Of a stretch of 64,000 bases of DNA, positions 1 through 9,971 are shown piece by piece (within the stretch, counting starts at the first letter, position 1; every line of letters starts with the position of its first letter). The notes under the pieces are model-generated. The model was not told where the DNA came from. It searched no databases and saw only the letters and a program-made list of their open reading frames with translations. This DNA comes from an uncultured delta proteobacterium (GTDB lineage: Bacteria > Desulfobacterota > Binatia > UBA9968). A program made the position numbers and the translations under genes. Where the stretch lies: positions 1 through 64,000 of the forward strand of contig CAVTUQ010000036.1 in NCBI GenBank assembly GCA_963737905.1, written 5' to 3'.

Positions 1-612
1 GATCTCTTGGAGAAAGCCAGGCGGCAGTCTGCCGCCAAAGCGGAAAATCGATAGATCTTTGCCTTTCAAACGGTTCTCATGAAAGGAAAGCATGCTGAGC
101 ACGTCGACGCGGTTTTGACGGCTGAGCTGGAGCACCTGAGAGACCGGATTGTCATTGGCGTCGGATTCGACCATGATCCGCACGCCGCCGCTCTTGGCGG
201 CGGTCAGACTGATAAACGCTTCGAAAATATCGGATTCGGTGATGATGCCGATCAAACGATTTTCGCGTAGCACGGGAAGAGCGCCGATTCTGTGGGTGCG
301 CAGAGTTCGAGCGGCCTCCTCGACAGGGCAGTCGGGAGTTGTCGTTATAACCTTTTTGGTCATGACTGTAGACACCGGTCTCGGAACGGAGTCCTCTGAA
401 ACTTCTACGGAAAAGGGATTGAGGTTGTCAGGGAAGCCCCTCGCAATATCATATTTGGAAACAATACCCACCAATCTTTTGCTGTTTCCGGTAGGCTCAG
501 CCACCGGGAAGTGTCGAAATTTACGCCGGTTCATTTCCATCGCAACGAAGGAGATGGACACTTCCGGCTGTATGGTTAGCGGATTCGGAGTCATCCATTT
601 TTCGACGAACAT
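1..612 (-). CDS. CBS-domain pair protein (AcuB-like), 3' end runs off the window
   Basis: Manual translation from ATG at 612: MFVEKWMTPNPLTIQPE...FRHFPV...LVGIVSKYDI...VMTKKVITTTPDCPVEEAA...IGALPV...LIGIITESDIF, two CBS motifs; absent from the ORF track because it lacks a stop. Confidence 0.85.
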   Translation of the reverse strand, partial: MFVEKWMTPNPLTIQPEVSISFVAMEMNRRKFRHFPVAEPTGNSKRLVGIVSKYDIARGFPDNLNPFSVEVSEDSVPRPVSTVMTKKVITTTPDCPVEEAARTLRTHRIGALPVLRENRLIGIITESDIFEAFISLTAAKSGGVRIMVESDANDNPVSQVLQLSRQNRVDVLSMLSFHENRLKGKDLSIFRFGGRLPPGFLQEI

Positions 613-788
613 GGTTATCTCTGCTGTAGAGGCAGCGAAAGTGATTACCTTGTAAATATGAATCGGCGACCAGAGAGGATACTTTAAGGCAAGTGCAAGC
701 GCTAACTTACTGAGCGGTTTTCAAAGATCATGTCGGCATAGTATAAGAAAGGGTCGTTTGAAAAAGGCTTTTCGGAGGACCGAAAAAA

Positions 789-1688
789 ATGGCGCTACGA
801 CTGGGTACATCCGAGCACGGTGGAACTTTTTATACTCAAGGTTCGGCGTTCGCCGAGCTTTTTAATCGCGGCCGCTCGGAAGCCGACCGATGCGTCGTGC
901 AAACCAGCGAGGCAAGTATTCACAATGCAAATATGCTGGACCGAGGAGATCTGGAGTTCGGTTTCATGGCGTCCAATTGGATCGGGCGGGCCAAGGACGC
1001 AACGCTTCCCTTTACGCGCAAGATCTCGCTCCGCATGGTGGCGCCCGCCAACGCGGGGCCTATGTTCTTCGTGAAGCTGGCAAGCTCCTCCATCCAGACC
1101 GTCGCCGATTTCACCGGCAAGCGCATCGTTATCGGCACCAAAGGCAGCGGTATGGAGCAACACGTTCGAACTATCTTTGACGTTCTCGGGATCTCCTTTG
1201 ATAGCTTTACACCCGTTCATATGGGCTTCGATGAGGGGGCGGATTCCCTGATCACGGGTGATGTCGACGCTCAGTTCCAGCCCCCGGTTCCGAACCGGGT
1301 GATGACAGATCTAAGCCAACGGGCGGATGTTCGAGTCGTTCCATATGCAGCGGGCCAGCTGGAGAAGATTCTAAGCGCAGTCCCGTTCTATCGCAGCGTG
1401 ACGATGCGGAAGGGCGTGTTTCGCGGCGTTGTGGAAGATATCACTCAACCCGCCGTCATTAACGTTTTGGTTACACACGAAAGAATCTCGGAGCAAATCG
1501 TTCGCGACATGGCGAAAGCGATTGTCGAAAATCTCGACATGCTTCCGGGGATGAATCCGCTTTTCAAAGGATTGAAGGATCTTTTCGAGCCGCTGCGCTC
1601 CAGGGGTGCCGCTGCTTTCGAGTTTGGCGGTGTGCCGCTTCATCCCGGTGCGATTCGGGCGTACAAAGAGGCGGGATGGTTGCGTTAA
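789..1688 (+). CDS. TAXI-family TRAP transporter solute receptor
   Basis: GTSEHGGTFY start, GKRIVIGTKGSG, C-terminal VPLHPGAIRAYKEAG. Confidence 0.85.
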   Translation: MALRLGTSEHGGTFYTQGSAFAELFNRGRSEADRCVVQTSEASIHNANMLDRGDLEFGFMASNWIGRAKDATLPFTRKISLRMVAPANAGPMFFVKLASSSIQTVADFTGKRIVIGTKGSGMEQHVRTIFDVLGISFDSFTPVHMGFDEGADSLITGDVDAQFQPPVPNRVMTDLSQRADVRVVPYAAGQLEKILSAVPFYRSVTMRKGVFRGVVEDITQPAVINVLVTHERISEQIVRDMAKAIVENLDMLPGMNPLFKGLKDLFEPLRSRGAAAFEFGGVPLHPGAIRAYKEAGWLR

Positions 1689-1695
1689 CGGATTA

Positions 1696-2388
1696 TTACC
1701 TTGCTGCCCGGATGGCCCAACTGCCGGAGTCGCTGTCTGCGATCCAAATGCCCCGGATGGCGTCGCGAGCCGCAGTTATGAATAGCTCACCTATAGAGGT
1801 TTCGCGTGCTTGAGGAAAGTCCGCCGTCCAGCTACCGGCAAATTCCCGTCCTTTGCCTTGGACGGCGGCACGCCAGGTGCCGCTCCAACCCGTAGAAAAT
1901 TTTTGCGCGACCCAGGTACCCCTTAACGCGAGCTCGTCGGCGCCTTCGCCTAATGTCCACGTCCCCGACGCTTTGTCCGGCGAAGAGGCGGGATCCACCG
2001 ACCAACCGCCTTCGAAGACGCGCCCGGTAGCGGTTTGAGCGCTCCAGGTAGAGAGCTTCGGCTGTTCTTTGAAGGCCTGTTTTAGTTGGTCCCCTGCCGA
2101 GACATCGATTGCGCGTACCCAACCCACTAAACCATGCGGTGTCCTGACCATGTACCATGTCTGTGGTCCCACGGCTTCGGCTAGGGGAGTGAGAAGCTGA
2201 CCTTTTTGCAGTGTGGCAATTTTATCCGATTCGGCCTCTTGTTGAGCATACAAAGTTGCGCCAGTTTCCCGAACGGTCAAGGCGCGCGTTGCCTCCGCTC
2301 CGTTGCAAAAGACTGGATGCGAAAAAACCAACAAACAAATCAACCGCGAAAACCAAAGCGATAAAACTTGACGTTGTGTCACAGTCAT
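1696..2388 (-). CDS. Secreted SH3-like domain protein
   Basis: Signal peptide; bacterial SH3-like segment (KIATLQKG...WYMVRTPHGLVGWV); Trp/Gly-rich beta-repeat C-terminus. Confidence 0.6.
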   Translation of the reverse strand: MTVTQRQVLSLWFSRLICLLVFSHPVFCNGAEATRALTVRETGATLYAQQEAESDKIATLQKGQLLTPLAEAVGPQTWYMVRTPHGLVGWVRAIDVSAGDQLKQAFKEQPKLSTWSAQTATGRVFEGGWSVDPASSPDKASGTWTLGEGADELALRGTWVAQKFSTGWSGTWRAAVQGKGREFAGSWTADFPQARETSIGELFITAARDAIRGIWIADSDSGSWAIRAAR

Positions 2389-2828
2389 TTGGATAACCCC
2401 CTATTAGGAGAAGTCCGACCCCCCTGCTTTCTGTGTAATTTTAAGGGGCCTGCGTGATTCTGTAAACCTTAACCCTCTTTTGACATTTTAGCGCCTCCCG
2501 CATATCGGGGTCAGATTCGTTGTCAGATCCTGGTTTGAGAGCAAAACCCAAAGGAGTCGCCGTAAAAAAGCGAACCCTTTTGAGTTCGTCCGGTTAAGAG
2601 ATGAACGACGGGCCCGCATCACAGAGTTTTCTGATCAAAGAGAAAAAGATCGCTGGGAAATTCCAACTCGTAAGAATAAGCGTGCCGGTAATTTAAACGA
2701 CCAATTCCTTTTTGTTGCGTACGATAAAAGGATCTTTTAAGTTAACGAGGTAGTTCGATGCTGAAGCCGGATCGTTTAATGCGAGAGGCGAGTTTGACCC
2801 AAAGACTTCGATATTGAATCAGCCGCCT

Positions 2829-3326
2829 ATGCCCAAGAGCCATGTGAAGGATTACAACTCCGAGAAAGTGCGGACAGTTTCTATTATTCGCGCCATGCTC
2901 CTGGCCATATTTATTTTAGGTTCGATGGGCAGCGGCGCGGAATTACTCTTGTTAAACCATATCGAGAGTCTGGTGCAGTGGATTCCGCTGGTGTTGATCT
3001 TGTTAAGTTTCCTCGTGTTTGGCTGGCACGCCGTGCGGCGAAGCCCAGCCAGCACCCGCACCATCCAAGGAGTGATGATCGCGTTTGTCGCGGCAGGCCT
3101 TGCGGGCTTTTATTTCCACTATCAGGGCAGCACGGAGTTCAAGTTAGAATCGAATCCATCCTTGGCCGGCTGGCGGTTGTTCTGGGAAGCGATTCGAAGC
3201 AAAGCACCCCCGGCACTTGCGCCAGGGGTCATGATTCAACTCGGGCTAATCGGACTAGCGTATACTTATCGGCATCCGGCATTGTTCGGTTCAACAAAAA
3301 TGAGATTTAAACCTGAAGGAGAATGA
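2829..3326 (+). CDS. Hypothetical membrane protein (about 4 TM)
   Basis: Hydrophobic segments, PPALAPG motif; stop lies 1 nt before the next start. Confidence 0.65.
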   Translation: MPKSHVKDYNSEKVRTVSIIRAMLLAIFILGSMGSGAELLLLNHIESLVQWIPLVLILLSFLVFGWHAVRRSPASTRTIQGVMIAFVAAGLAGFYFHYQGSTEFKLESNPSLAGWRLFWEAIRSKAPPALAPGVMIQLGLIGLAYTYRHPALFGSTKMRFKPEGE

Positions 3327-3327
3327 A

Positions 3328-3977
3328 ATGAAGCAGACACGATCTCTGGTCATGACAACGATGGTATCGATTGCCCTTGTGCTTGGCCTTGCGAGGCTCT
3401 ATGGAGGCTCAGGTCGGGCGTTCTGTGGGACTGTTCAATCCGGATCTAGCCAGCGAAAAGGAGCTTCTCGCGATGCCGCATATGAATGCGGCGATCGTCA
3501 AAGGCATTATGGAACGCCGACCGTTTCTCACGATGACGGACTTGAATTCGTTCCTCGCCCAGTCCCTAAAAAATGAGCAACTGGACGGAATTTACGAAAA
3601 ATATTCGTGCAGATCAATCTCAACACGGCGACCAACGAAGAGATCCTGATGATTCCGGGTATGGGCAAGCGGATGCTCCGCGAATTTCAGGAGTACCGGC
3701 CGTATAAGACCTTGGCGCAATTTCGAAAGGAGATCGGCAAGTATGTGGATCGAAAAGTAGTCGGCGCGGCTGGAGCAATACGTTTTCGTGCCGGTCAATC
3801 TGAATACAGGAAGCGACGAGGATATTCTGAGCATTCCGGGTACTGGGTAAGCGCATGCTCCGTGAGTTCAAGGAGTATCGTCCCTACACGAATATAGAGC
3901 AGTTTAGAAAAGAAATCGGCAAGTACGTCGACAAAAAAGAAGTTGCACGGCTCGAACGGTACGTTACTTTGAACTGA
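3328..3977 (+). CDS. Secreted helix-hairpin-helix repeat protein (ComEA-like HhH), frameshifted in this assembly
   Basis: Frames join to give signal peptide plus repeated INLNTAT.EEIL.IPG.GKRMLREF.EYRPY....QFRKEIGKYVD units; stop TGA at 3975-3977. Confidence 0.7.
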
Positions 3978-4001
3978 ATCTTCTTCACCATGAACCAGAA
4001 A

Positions 4002-5102
4002 TTATAAGCCGTAGAGCGCCCGAGCATTGTCGCTCAGGATCTTGCGCTTCACCTCGGGCGCCAAGTCCGTTCTTGCTTTGAAAATTTTGATGGCATCGAC
4101 GTCGCTCGATATGTCGGTGTGCCCGTAGTCCGTCCCGATGACCAGGCAATCTTCTCCGGCTTGCTGCACGAGGTAGGGCAGGTCATCGGTGTTTTCGCAG
4201 GTGACGAACATGCGGTACTCGCGCGCGAAATTGTCGGGCCATGGGCGTCCCAGAGTTTTAAAGCGCTTCTTGGCTTCCAGCATCACCCAGGGCAGCCACT
4301 GCGCGCTGGCCTCGATGAAGCCCCAGCGCAGTTTGGGAAACCGCTCGGGTATCTCGCTGAGCGCGATGTCGTTAAAGGCGGCTACGGTGGGCACTCTAAA
4401 CCGGTGCAACGTAGAGGCTATCCCTACTGGATGACGATACAAATCGCAAAGCCAGGCATTGCCGTTGGCGATGTGTATGGCAATGGCCATGTCGAGGCGG
4501 CTTGCCTCGTCGTAAATCGGATAGAAGTAAGGGTCCACGAGCAAGCGGTTGCCCTCTACCGGGCGCATCAGCACGGCGCAGGCGCCGTTGTCTTTAGCGT
4601 AGCGGATCTGCTCCAGCGCATCCGCCATACTCAAGGTCGGTGCCATGCAGGACCAGCGCAAACGGCCCTTTCCCTGGCGCCAGATATCCGCCAACCAGCG
4701 GTTCCAACTTTTACACAGCGCGACCTCAACCGCCGCGCGATCCGTAGCTGATTCGATAAACATTGTGTTGTGCAATACCTGGACGTCGACGCCGGTCTCA
4801 TCCATGTGCTCCAGGCGGAGATCGACGTTACCCAGCTCGCGGGATTCTTGCGCATCGGCAAATTTACGACCGACCTGCTGGGATCGTTTTTCCAGCTCTT
4901 CAGTCGAAAAAGCGGGAAAGCGAAACCCACGGACTTTTCCGTCGATAACCCAAAATTGCAGTTTTACTCCGGCCTCTTCGCGGGTTTCCAGCGGAATCGG
5001 ACGATACTGTTTCTCGGATGAGTCCATATAGTCCCAGGTGTGAGCGGACTCGACCACATGGGCGTCAGCGTCGATAATCAGCGTATTATCAGCAGTTGCC
5101 AT
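4002..5102 (-). CDS. Amidohydrolase_2 family protein
   Basis: IIDADAHVVE metal motif, FPKLRWGFIEA, GTDYGH. Confidence 0.9.
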   Translation of the reverse strand: MATADNTLIIDADAHVVESAHTWDYMDSSEKQYRPIPLETREEAGVKLQFWVIDGKVRGFRFPAFSTEELEKRSQQVGRKFADAQESRELGNVDLRLEHMDETGVDVQVLHNTMFIESATDRAAVEVALCKSWNRWLADIWRQGKGRLRWSCMAPTLSMADALEQIRYAKDNGACAVLMRPVEGNRLLVDPYFYPIYDEASRLDMAIAIHIANGNAWLCDLYRHPVGIASTLHRFRVPTVAAFNDIALSEIPERFPKLRWGFIEASAQWLPWVMLEAKKRFKTLGRPWPDNFAREYRMFVTCENTDDLPYLVQQAGEDCLVIGTDYGHTDISSDVDAIKIFKARTDLAPEVKRKILSDNARALYGL

Positions 5103-5215
5103 GGGCTTATCCTCCTGGGTTCGAGTTCTAGAGTCGCGACGCGCTTTTTGAACCGCTCTAGCCAGAGCGGCGGAGAGGGTCGGACTTTTTAGATCCTTCG
5201 AATGCGTAAAGGCAT

Positions 5216-6055
5216 CTAGCTACCGCTGCGGGTCGCTCGCCACTTGGAGTCACTGCCGCCTTTAACCGTTCCTTCCATGGCGTTGCCGCTCACGCGCCCG
5301 GTGTATTGGGCGCCACCGGCGTTGAAACTGATCTGATCCCCGCTCAGCCTGCCGTTGGTGATGGGCGTGGAAACATTCCCGGACCTGAGCGTGCCGGAGA
5401 TTATTTGAAAGGTTTGCTTAAGCGCTAGCTCACCTTGCGGCAGTTGCCATGTGCCGCCCACTTTCGCCGGCACGATCCAGAGCAAGGCCGTGCAGTACGA
5501 GATGCAGTCTTCGTTCACCGTTGTGGTTTCGTCAGCCGCCCACTCTCCCATCGTGAAGGTATTCGAGACGATACGCGTGCCAGGCTTGAGATCGAGGATT
5601 TTCGGTCGCAACTTGAGGTTGATATCAGGCAGCAAAAACATCGTAATCACCGTGGCCTTGGAGAAATCGGTCTGGAAGAGATCGGCCTTCATGAAGGTAG
5701 CCTTGTCGCTGACTCCCTCCTTGGCGGCATTGCGCTTCGACAATTCGACCATGTCCGGATTGTATTCGATGCCGAGCGCCTTAACACCGCGCTTTGCGGC
5801 GGTAATCACTGTGCGACCATCGCCCGAGCCAAGATCGATGACGTAATCTTTGGGCGTGACTTTTGCCATGTCGAGCATTTTGTTCACCAAAGTCTGCGGG
5901 CTCGGTACCCACACCACATCCTTGCCTTCCTGACCGACGCGCGGCTCGTATTGTTCCTTGGCGGGAACGGGCTGCGCCTGAGCGTAGAGGTGGGTCGTCA
6001 TAGAAGACAAGAACATAGTCAATAACAAACAAAGTAGACGATGGCATGAATTCAT
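5216..6055 (-). CDS. Secreted class I SAM-dependent methyltransferase
   Basis: DVVWVPSP, VIDLGSGDGR motif I, LKPGTRIVS; signal peptide. Confidence 0.85.
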   Translation of the reverse strand: MNSCHRLLCLLLTMFLSSMTTHLYAQAQPVPAKEQYEPRVGQEGKDVVWVPSPQTLVNKMLDMAKVTPKDYVIDLGSGDGRTVITAAKRGVKALGIEYNPDMVELSKRNAAKEGVSDKATFMKADLFQTDFSKATVITMFLLPDINLKLRPKILDLKPGTRIVSNTFTMGEWAADETTTVNEDCISYCTALLWIVPAKVGGTWQLPQGELALKQTFQIISGTLRSGNVSTPITNGRLSGDQISFNAGGAQYTGRVSGNAMEGTVKGGSDSKWRATRSGS

Positions 6056-6316
6056 ATTTGCACTCTCCAGGTTTAGATTACAAAGTTTGCGCCAAACCAC
6101 TGAGGAGGCCGCAAGAAAAGATGTTCCTTGCGGTCAATCTAAGTCTTTACTCTAAGGCGCAGGAAATTTCCAGTCTTACCCTGGTCCGTAGAGTTCAACG
6201 TTTTCCCAGGAGCCGTCGTTTCCGCTGGCAATCAGTCGGCATGATGAAAGCCGGCGGCCAGTCGTACGGATAGGACGGCGATGGATATTTTTGAAATGGT
6301 TTGAAATGCGGAACGG

Positions 6317-6701
6317 CTAGGACTTCTTTCGTTCCTCATCGATCAGCTGCATCGCCTTTGCGCGAAGCTCGCTGTCGATATTCAAGGTGTTGACAATCTG
6401 ACTGTAGGTTTCTCGACTCAGACCTTCCTTGGCGAGGGCTTCGTCAATTTTGGCTCCCGCTTCCTTTTTGAATGACTTGAGCCTCCTGATCCCCTTGAGC
6501 TTTGTTAAGTCGGGGTTCGTAAGTATCACGGATCTTCTCGAATTCTACATAGACGCGAGCGAATGATTTGAGTTGGGTTGGATCGATCTTGGATTGTTGG
6601 TTAGGCATCTCCTGGGCGAAGATAGTCTGCGCAACCGGGCTCACACTTAACCCACCGATCAAAACAATCAAAGTAATTGTTCGACAAATAAATTTTTCCA
6701 T
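6317..6701 (-). CDS. DUF4168-like secreted helical protein, frameshifted at an A-run near 6470
   Basis: Joining two ORFs gives signal peptide...QLKSFARVYVEFEKIRDTY...QK/EAGAKIDEALAKEGLSRETYSQI...DSELRAK. Confidence 0.7.
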
Positions 6702-6740
6702 TCAGATCTCCTTTTGCGCCGATGAACGAATGCGGTAAGC

Positions 6741-6755
6741 GCAAGAGTGGTGCCA
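6741..6755 (-). promoter_or_regulatory. sigma54 -24/-12 promoter
   Basis: TGGCAC-CACTC-TTGC on the minus strand, exact consensus, 40 nt upstream of the DUF4168-like start. Confidence 0.8.
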
Positions 6756-6892
6756 AAGGTTAGTCTCGTAGATTTGCTGGGTTTTGGTGCGCAATCGGCT
6801 GAGCAGGACAATTGTCTGTATGAATTCTCCTGCATGATTCGTCGCACATTCCCATGCTGAGAGAGGTCTCGAATGTGAAGAAGCTTTCTTTC

Positions 6893-8380
6893 TCAGATCT
6901 GCTGCGTGTCCAAAATATATTTCACCAGGAACGGCCAGACCTGGGTAGCATCGGCTTGGATTTCCGCATAAACGCCATTTTTCACGGCCTTTCGCCAGGA
7001 CTCGTTTTCAGAATAGGTGCAGCCGGAAAGATGGCCGAAGTGAGGTCGGTCGGGGCAGATTCTAATTCCATAAGTGAATCGGCGTGGCGGCAGGTTTGTG
7101 CCCAGACGCTCGTTGATGATTTCAATCAGCGGCGCGACATTTTGGACGTTGTTGCGCGGAACGCCGCCGCCGATTGTAAAAATCCCGAAACGCTTGGCCG
7201 TCGTCACCAACTTGATGAGCTCTTTGCTGTCCTTTTCCAGATCGACGAGAATCGGCTTTCGGCCGCGCCGTTTGCGCTTCATGTTGTGGATATAGAGATC
7301 ATTGCCCAGCTCCGAGTCCACAAACGCCGGCACGAAAACGGGCACGCCGCAGAGATAGGCGGATTTTAATATGCCTCGTTCGTTGGGATAGTTCTCGGCG
7401 AGATATTTGCCGATAAGCTTATTGAGCACTGTCGGGCTGATCGGGCGCGTACCCTTGAGTTGATCGATGACCTTGCCGATGACCTCCTCGACAGTATCGA
7501 GATTGGTTTCGGGCTCAAGCGTGTCTGTAACCCGGTTGAGCTTGCGACGCGCCAGCGCCGTATCGTCGTAGACAGGATTATACTTGTAGTGCTTCAGTCC
7601 GATGGAGGACACCAGGCCATGGGCCATGAGGGCTCCGGTAGACGAGATCGCGTTGGCCAACCCGGCTTCGATCATGTCGCAGATCACCAAGTCCAGCTTA
7701 GCTATGGTCATCGCGCCGGTGATCGTCAGGAAGCGAAGACACTGTTTATCGCTCACCATGGCGTGGAGGGATTCAGCACCTCTAGCGACCTGTGCAGCGA
7801 CGCCACCATAGGGCGCGAGATCCGTGATGAGCGAAGCTACCGAGGTTCGCCGTCCGTTTATCCATTCGTCCAGGCTCCGGTAGAGAACCGGCAGTATATA
7901 GCGCGGGTCGGCGAACACGGCGTCAGGGAAGTAACCGTCCCTGACTTGTCCGGGACGGGCCATATCGAATGGGTTGATGAAGATCGCGCGCGCGGGTTTC
8001 CTATAGATCGCCTCGGCGTTTCTTTCGGAAAATGCCCCAACAACGATGACGTTTTCCCCCCGTTTTTTGTCCCTTGCGTATTGAGAGGGGAGGAGAATCC
8101 GGTCGCACCACTGATTCGCGACGAATTTCTGTAGAAGACGTCCCAGTGGAGAATTCTCCAATCCGCTGTAAATGAGAATGGGTTTTGTCTTCGCAGCGAT
8201 CATTGTCTGGATCGTTCGGGCGACTTCGCCGAGCATCCTGGCTCCGAAGGCGCAGTATCTCATCCCGTCGACGATGTCGCCCACGGTCGCGCACTGCCGC
8301 AGATCCAGTGATTTGAGTTCCTCGAATTTCAATTTTCCGAAAGAGCTTTCTCGCCAGAATAATTTTGTGCTTCCTAGCAT
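6893..8380 (-). CDS. Deoxyhypusine synthase-like protein (homospermidine synthase family) with extra N-terminal module
   Basis: FLTITGAM, STGALMAH, PVFVPAFVDSELG, TIGGGVPRN, GHLSGCTYSENESWRK, ADATQVWP. Confidence 0.85.
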   Translation of the reverse strand: MLGSTKLFWRESSFGKLKFEELKSLDLRQCATVGDIVDGMRYCAFGARMLGEVARTIQTMIAAKTKPILIYSGLENSPLGRLLQKFVANQWCDRILLPSQYARDKKRGENVIVVGAFSERNAEAIYRKPARAIFINPFDMARPGQVRDGYFPDAVFADPRYILPVLYRSLDEWINGRRTSVASLITDLAPYGGVAAQVARGAESLHAMVSDKQCLRFLTITGAMTIAKLDLVICDMIEAGLANAISSTGALMAHGLVSSIGLKHYKYNPVYDDTALARRKLNRVTDTLEPETNLDTVEEVIGKVIDQLKGTRPISPTVLNKLIGKYLAENYPNERGILKSAYLCGVPVFVPAFVDSELGNDLYIHNMKRKRRGRKPILVDLEKDSKELIKLVTTAKRFGIFTIGGGVPRNNVQNVAPLIEIINERLGTNLPPRRFTYGIRICPDRPHFGHLSGCTYSENESWRKAVKNGVYAEIQADATQVWPFLVKYILDTQQI

Positions 8381-8499
8381 GGCGAGTACATCGAGTCAAT
8401 TCTGGCTGCTCGATTTAGCCGCCCGAGTTTTCACAATGTGGAAGCCAGCCAGGCAGGATCGTGGCTTAAGACCAACCTCTTTGGCTTTGACGTTTTGTA

Positions 8500-8955
8500 T
8501 CAATTGGATGGCGGATTGGACGAGCGACTGAATTTTAGCACCCTGTAGCCGGTCGTCGCGGTCCCTTCCATCGTTAACTGATAGTAGAAGTGCTCGCCTG
8601 AATTCTCTCCGACCAGGAAAACATAAATCGCTTTTTCACCGAGGGGCATCGGCTTGTACTCAACCGCTGCCACGGTTTTTGGAAAAGCTTTTGGGTGCAA
8701 TTTTGAAACAACCACTTTGAACTGGTCCCGAGAAACATGGCGTTTTGTGGCGTCGGCCAGTAAGGCATACCCGCTGTCGATATCCTGCTTCACAAAGGCC
8801 ATTCGCGCGAATTCTTCGGCTTTCTTTCCGGCCGAGACTTCATCGTGTTTGATCGATTCCTCGCAGCCCATTAAAACCATCGCGAAAATCAATGGATAGA
8901 AATAATACCTCGGCCAACTTGTTTTGCCGGCTTGTTTCCGAATTAGAAATATCAT
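8500..8955 (-). CDS. Hypothetical lipoprotein
   Basis: Hydrophobic stretch ending in lipobox LMGC. Confidence 0.6.
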   Translation of the reverse strand: MIFLIRKQAGKTSWPRYYFYPLIFAMVLMGCEESIKHDEVSAGKKAEEFARMAFVKQDIDSGYALLADATKRHVSRDQFKVVVSKLHPKAFPKTVAAVEYKPMPLGEKAIYVFLVGENSGEHFYYQLTMEGTATTGYRVLKFSRSSNPPSN

Positions 8956-9238
8956 GCGATCACCTCGGCACATCGTGACAGAACTAAGGGTTACCTAGTA
9001 CAGCGGACCGTGGTCGTCAAGGCGTCAGAAGAAAACCACCCGAAAGTTTTGTTCGATGGTGGACAACGGCGGCTCGGACTAAACGCTTGCCGGGGGGAGC
9101 TGGAATGCAGGATTTCACCAACGATGACCGGAGGCAACAGTTGCAGCTTTGGGACAAAATTGTGCGATTGTAGTCGGTTTTTGGCCGTTCAAGAAGCGGC
9201 TAACCTGTTTTTCGCCCGAGATTTAGCTGATAGGTCGG

Positions 9239-9253
9239 GGGCACAGAACTTGC
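9239..9253 (+). promoter_or_regulatory. Probable sigma54 -24/-12 promoter
   Basis: GGGCAC-AGAAC-TTGC, 30 nt upstream of ATG 9284. Confidence 0.6.
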
Positions 9254-9283
9254 CTGTGTTAGATTCCCAAGAGGTGATCTGGG

Positions 9284-9886
9284 ATGCGATGCGTTTCTCA
9301 AATGGGGTTTGCTCTCGCTCTCACCTTTCTAAATGTCGAACCGGCCTTCCCGCAAGCGATGGAGGATCCCTTCTATCGAGAGCGGGTTGAGTATGAGGAC
9401 GGCAAAATCTCCGTTGATTTCGATCGGACTCCGATCGGAGTCGCGCTCAATGCGATTCAAATCAAGACCGGATTGCAGATTACCGTTCCTCCAACAACAG
9501 AGAGTAAATTGTTGAACCTGCGGCTGAGCCGACTGCCGCTTGAGCCTGCTGTACGTTCTCTGATTGCCTCCATTGGGTTCAGGAGCTTCGCTTTAGTATA
9601 CGATGAAGAGGGTCATCCGAAACGCGCCGTTGTCCTCGAAACGCGACCGGAAATTCGTGCAGCTCCAGTCTCTGATCCGAAGGTTGATTCCAGCGCGGCG
9701 CCCGTCGTTGAACCCCTGAGGGAGCAGGAGCGAGCGCAGCTCCAGAAGGAACTGGAGCGCTGGGGTGAGCTGAAACAGGAAGATCGTAGCCGAATCGAGG
9801 AGCGCCTGAAAACTCTTCCTCCTTCTGAGGATCGCGAGCAACTGGTCAAAGAATACGGGCGCCAGCTTCTCGGAATTAAGAATTGA
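9284..9886 (+). CDS. Secreted hypothetical protein (STN/secretin-N-like domain plus helical tail)
   Basis: Signal peptide; ISVDFDRTPIGVALNAI...LPLEPAVRSL pattern. Confidence 0.55.
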   Translation: MRCVSQMGFALALTFLNVEPAFPQAMEDPFYRERVEYEDGKISVDFDRTPIGVALNAIQIKTGLQITVPPTTESKLLNLRLSRLPLEPAVRSLIASIGFRSFALVYDEEGHPKRAVVLETRPEIRAAPVSDPKVDSSAAPVVEPLREQERAQLQKELERWGELKQEDRSRIEERLKTLPPSEDREQLVKEYGRQLLGIKN

Positions 9887-9971
9887 TCCTGCCTTAACTG
9901 ATCGTACCGCGACCGCAGGCCTTGTCGGCAAATCGGAAAGAATCGCTCGGCGTTTATCGCCATAGAAGATC

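Noticed and set aside
149-655. Plus-strand 168-aa ORF
   Set aside because: Antisense to the CBS-domain gene on the minus strand.
2400-2810. Long intergenic region with small hairpins and a 32-codon ORF from 2601; possible riboswitch
   Set aside because: No match to riboswitch consensus motifs I know; the ORF has no recognisable features.
5168-5190. GGCGGAGAGGGTCGGA resembles the reverse complement of a tRNA-Ser 3' end (att remnant)
   Set aside because: Only about 11 nt match, no T-loop, no integrase or partner site.
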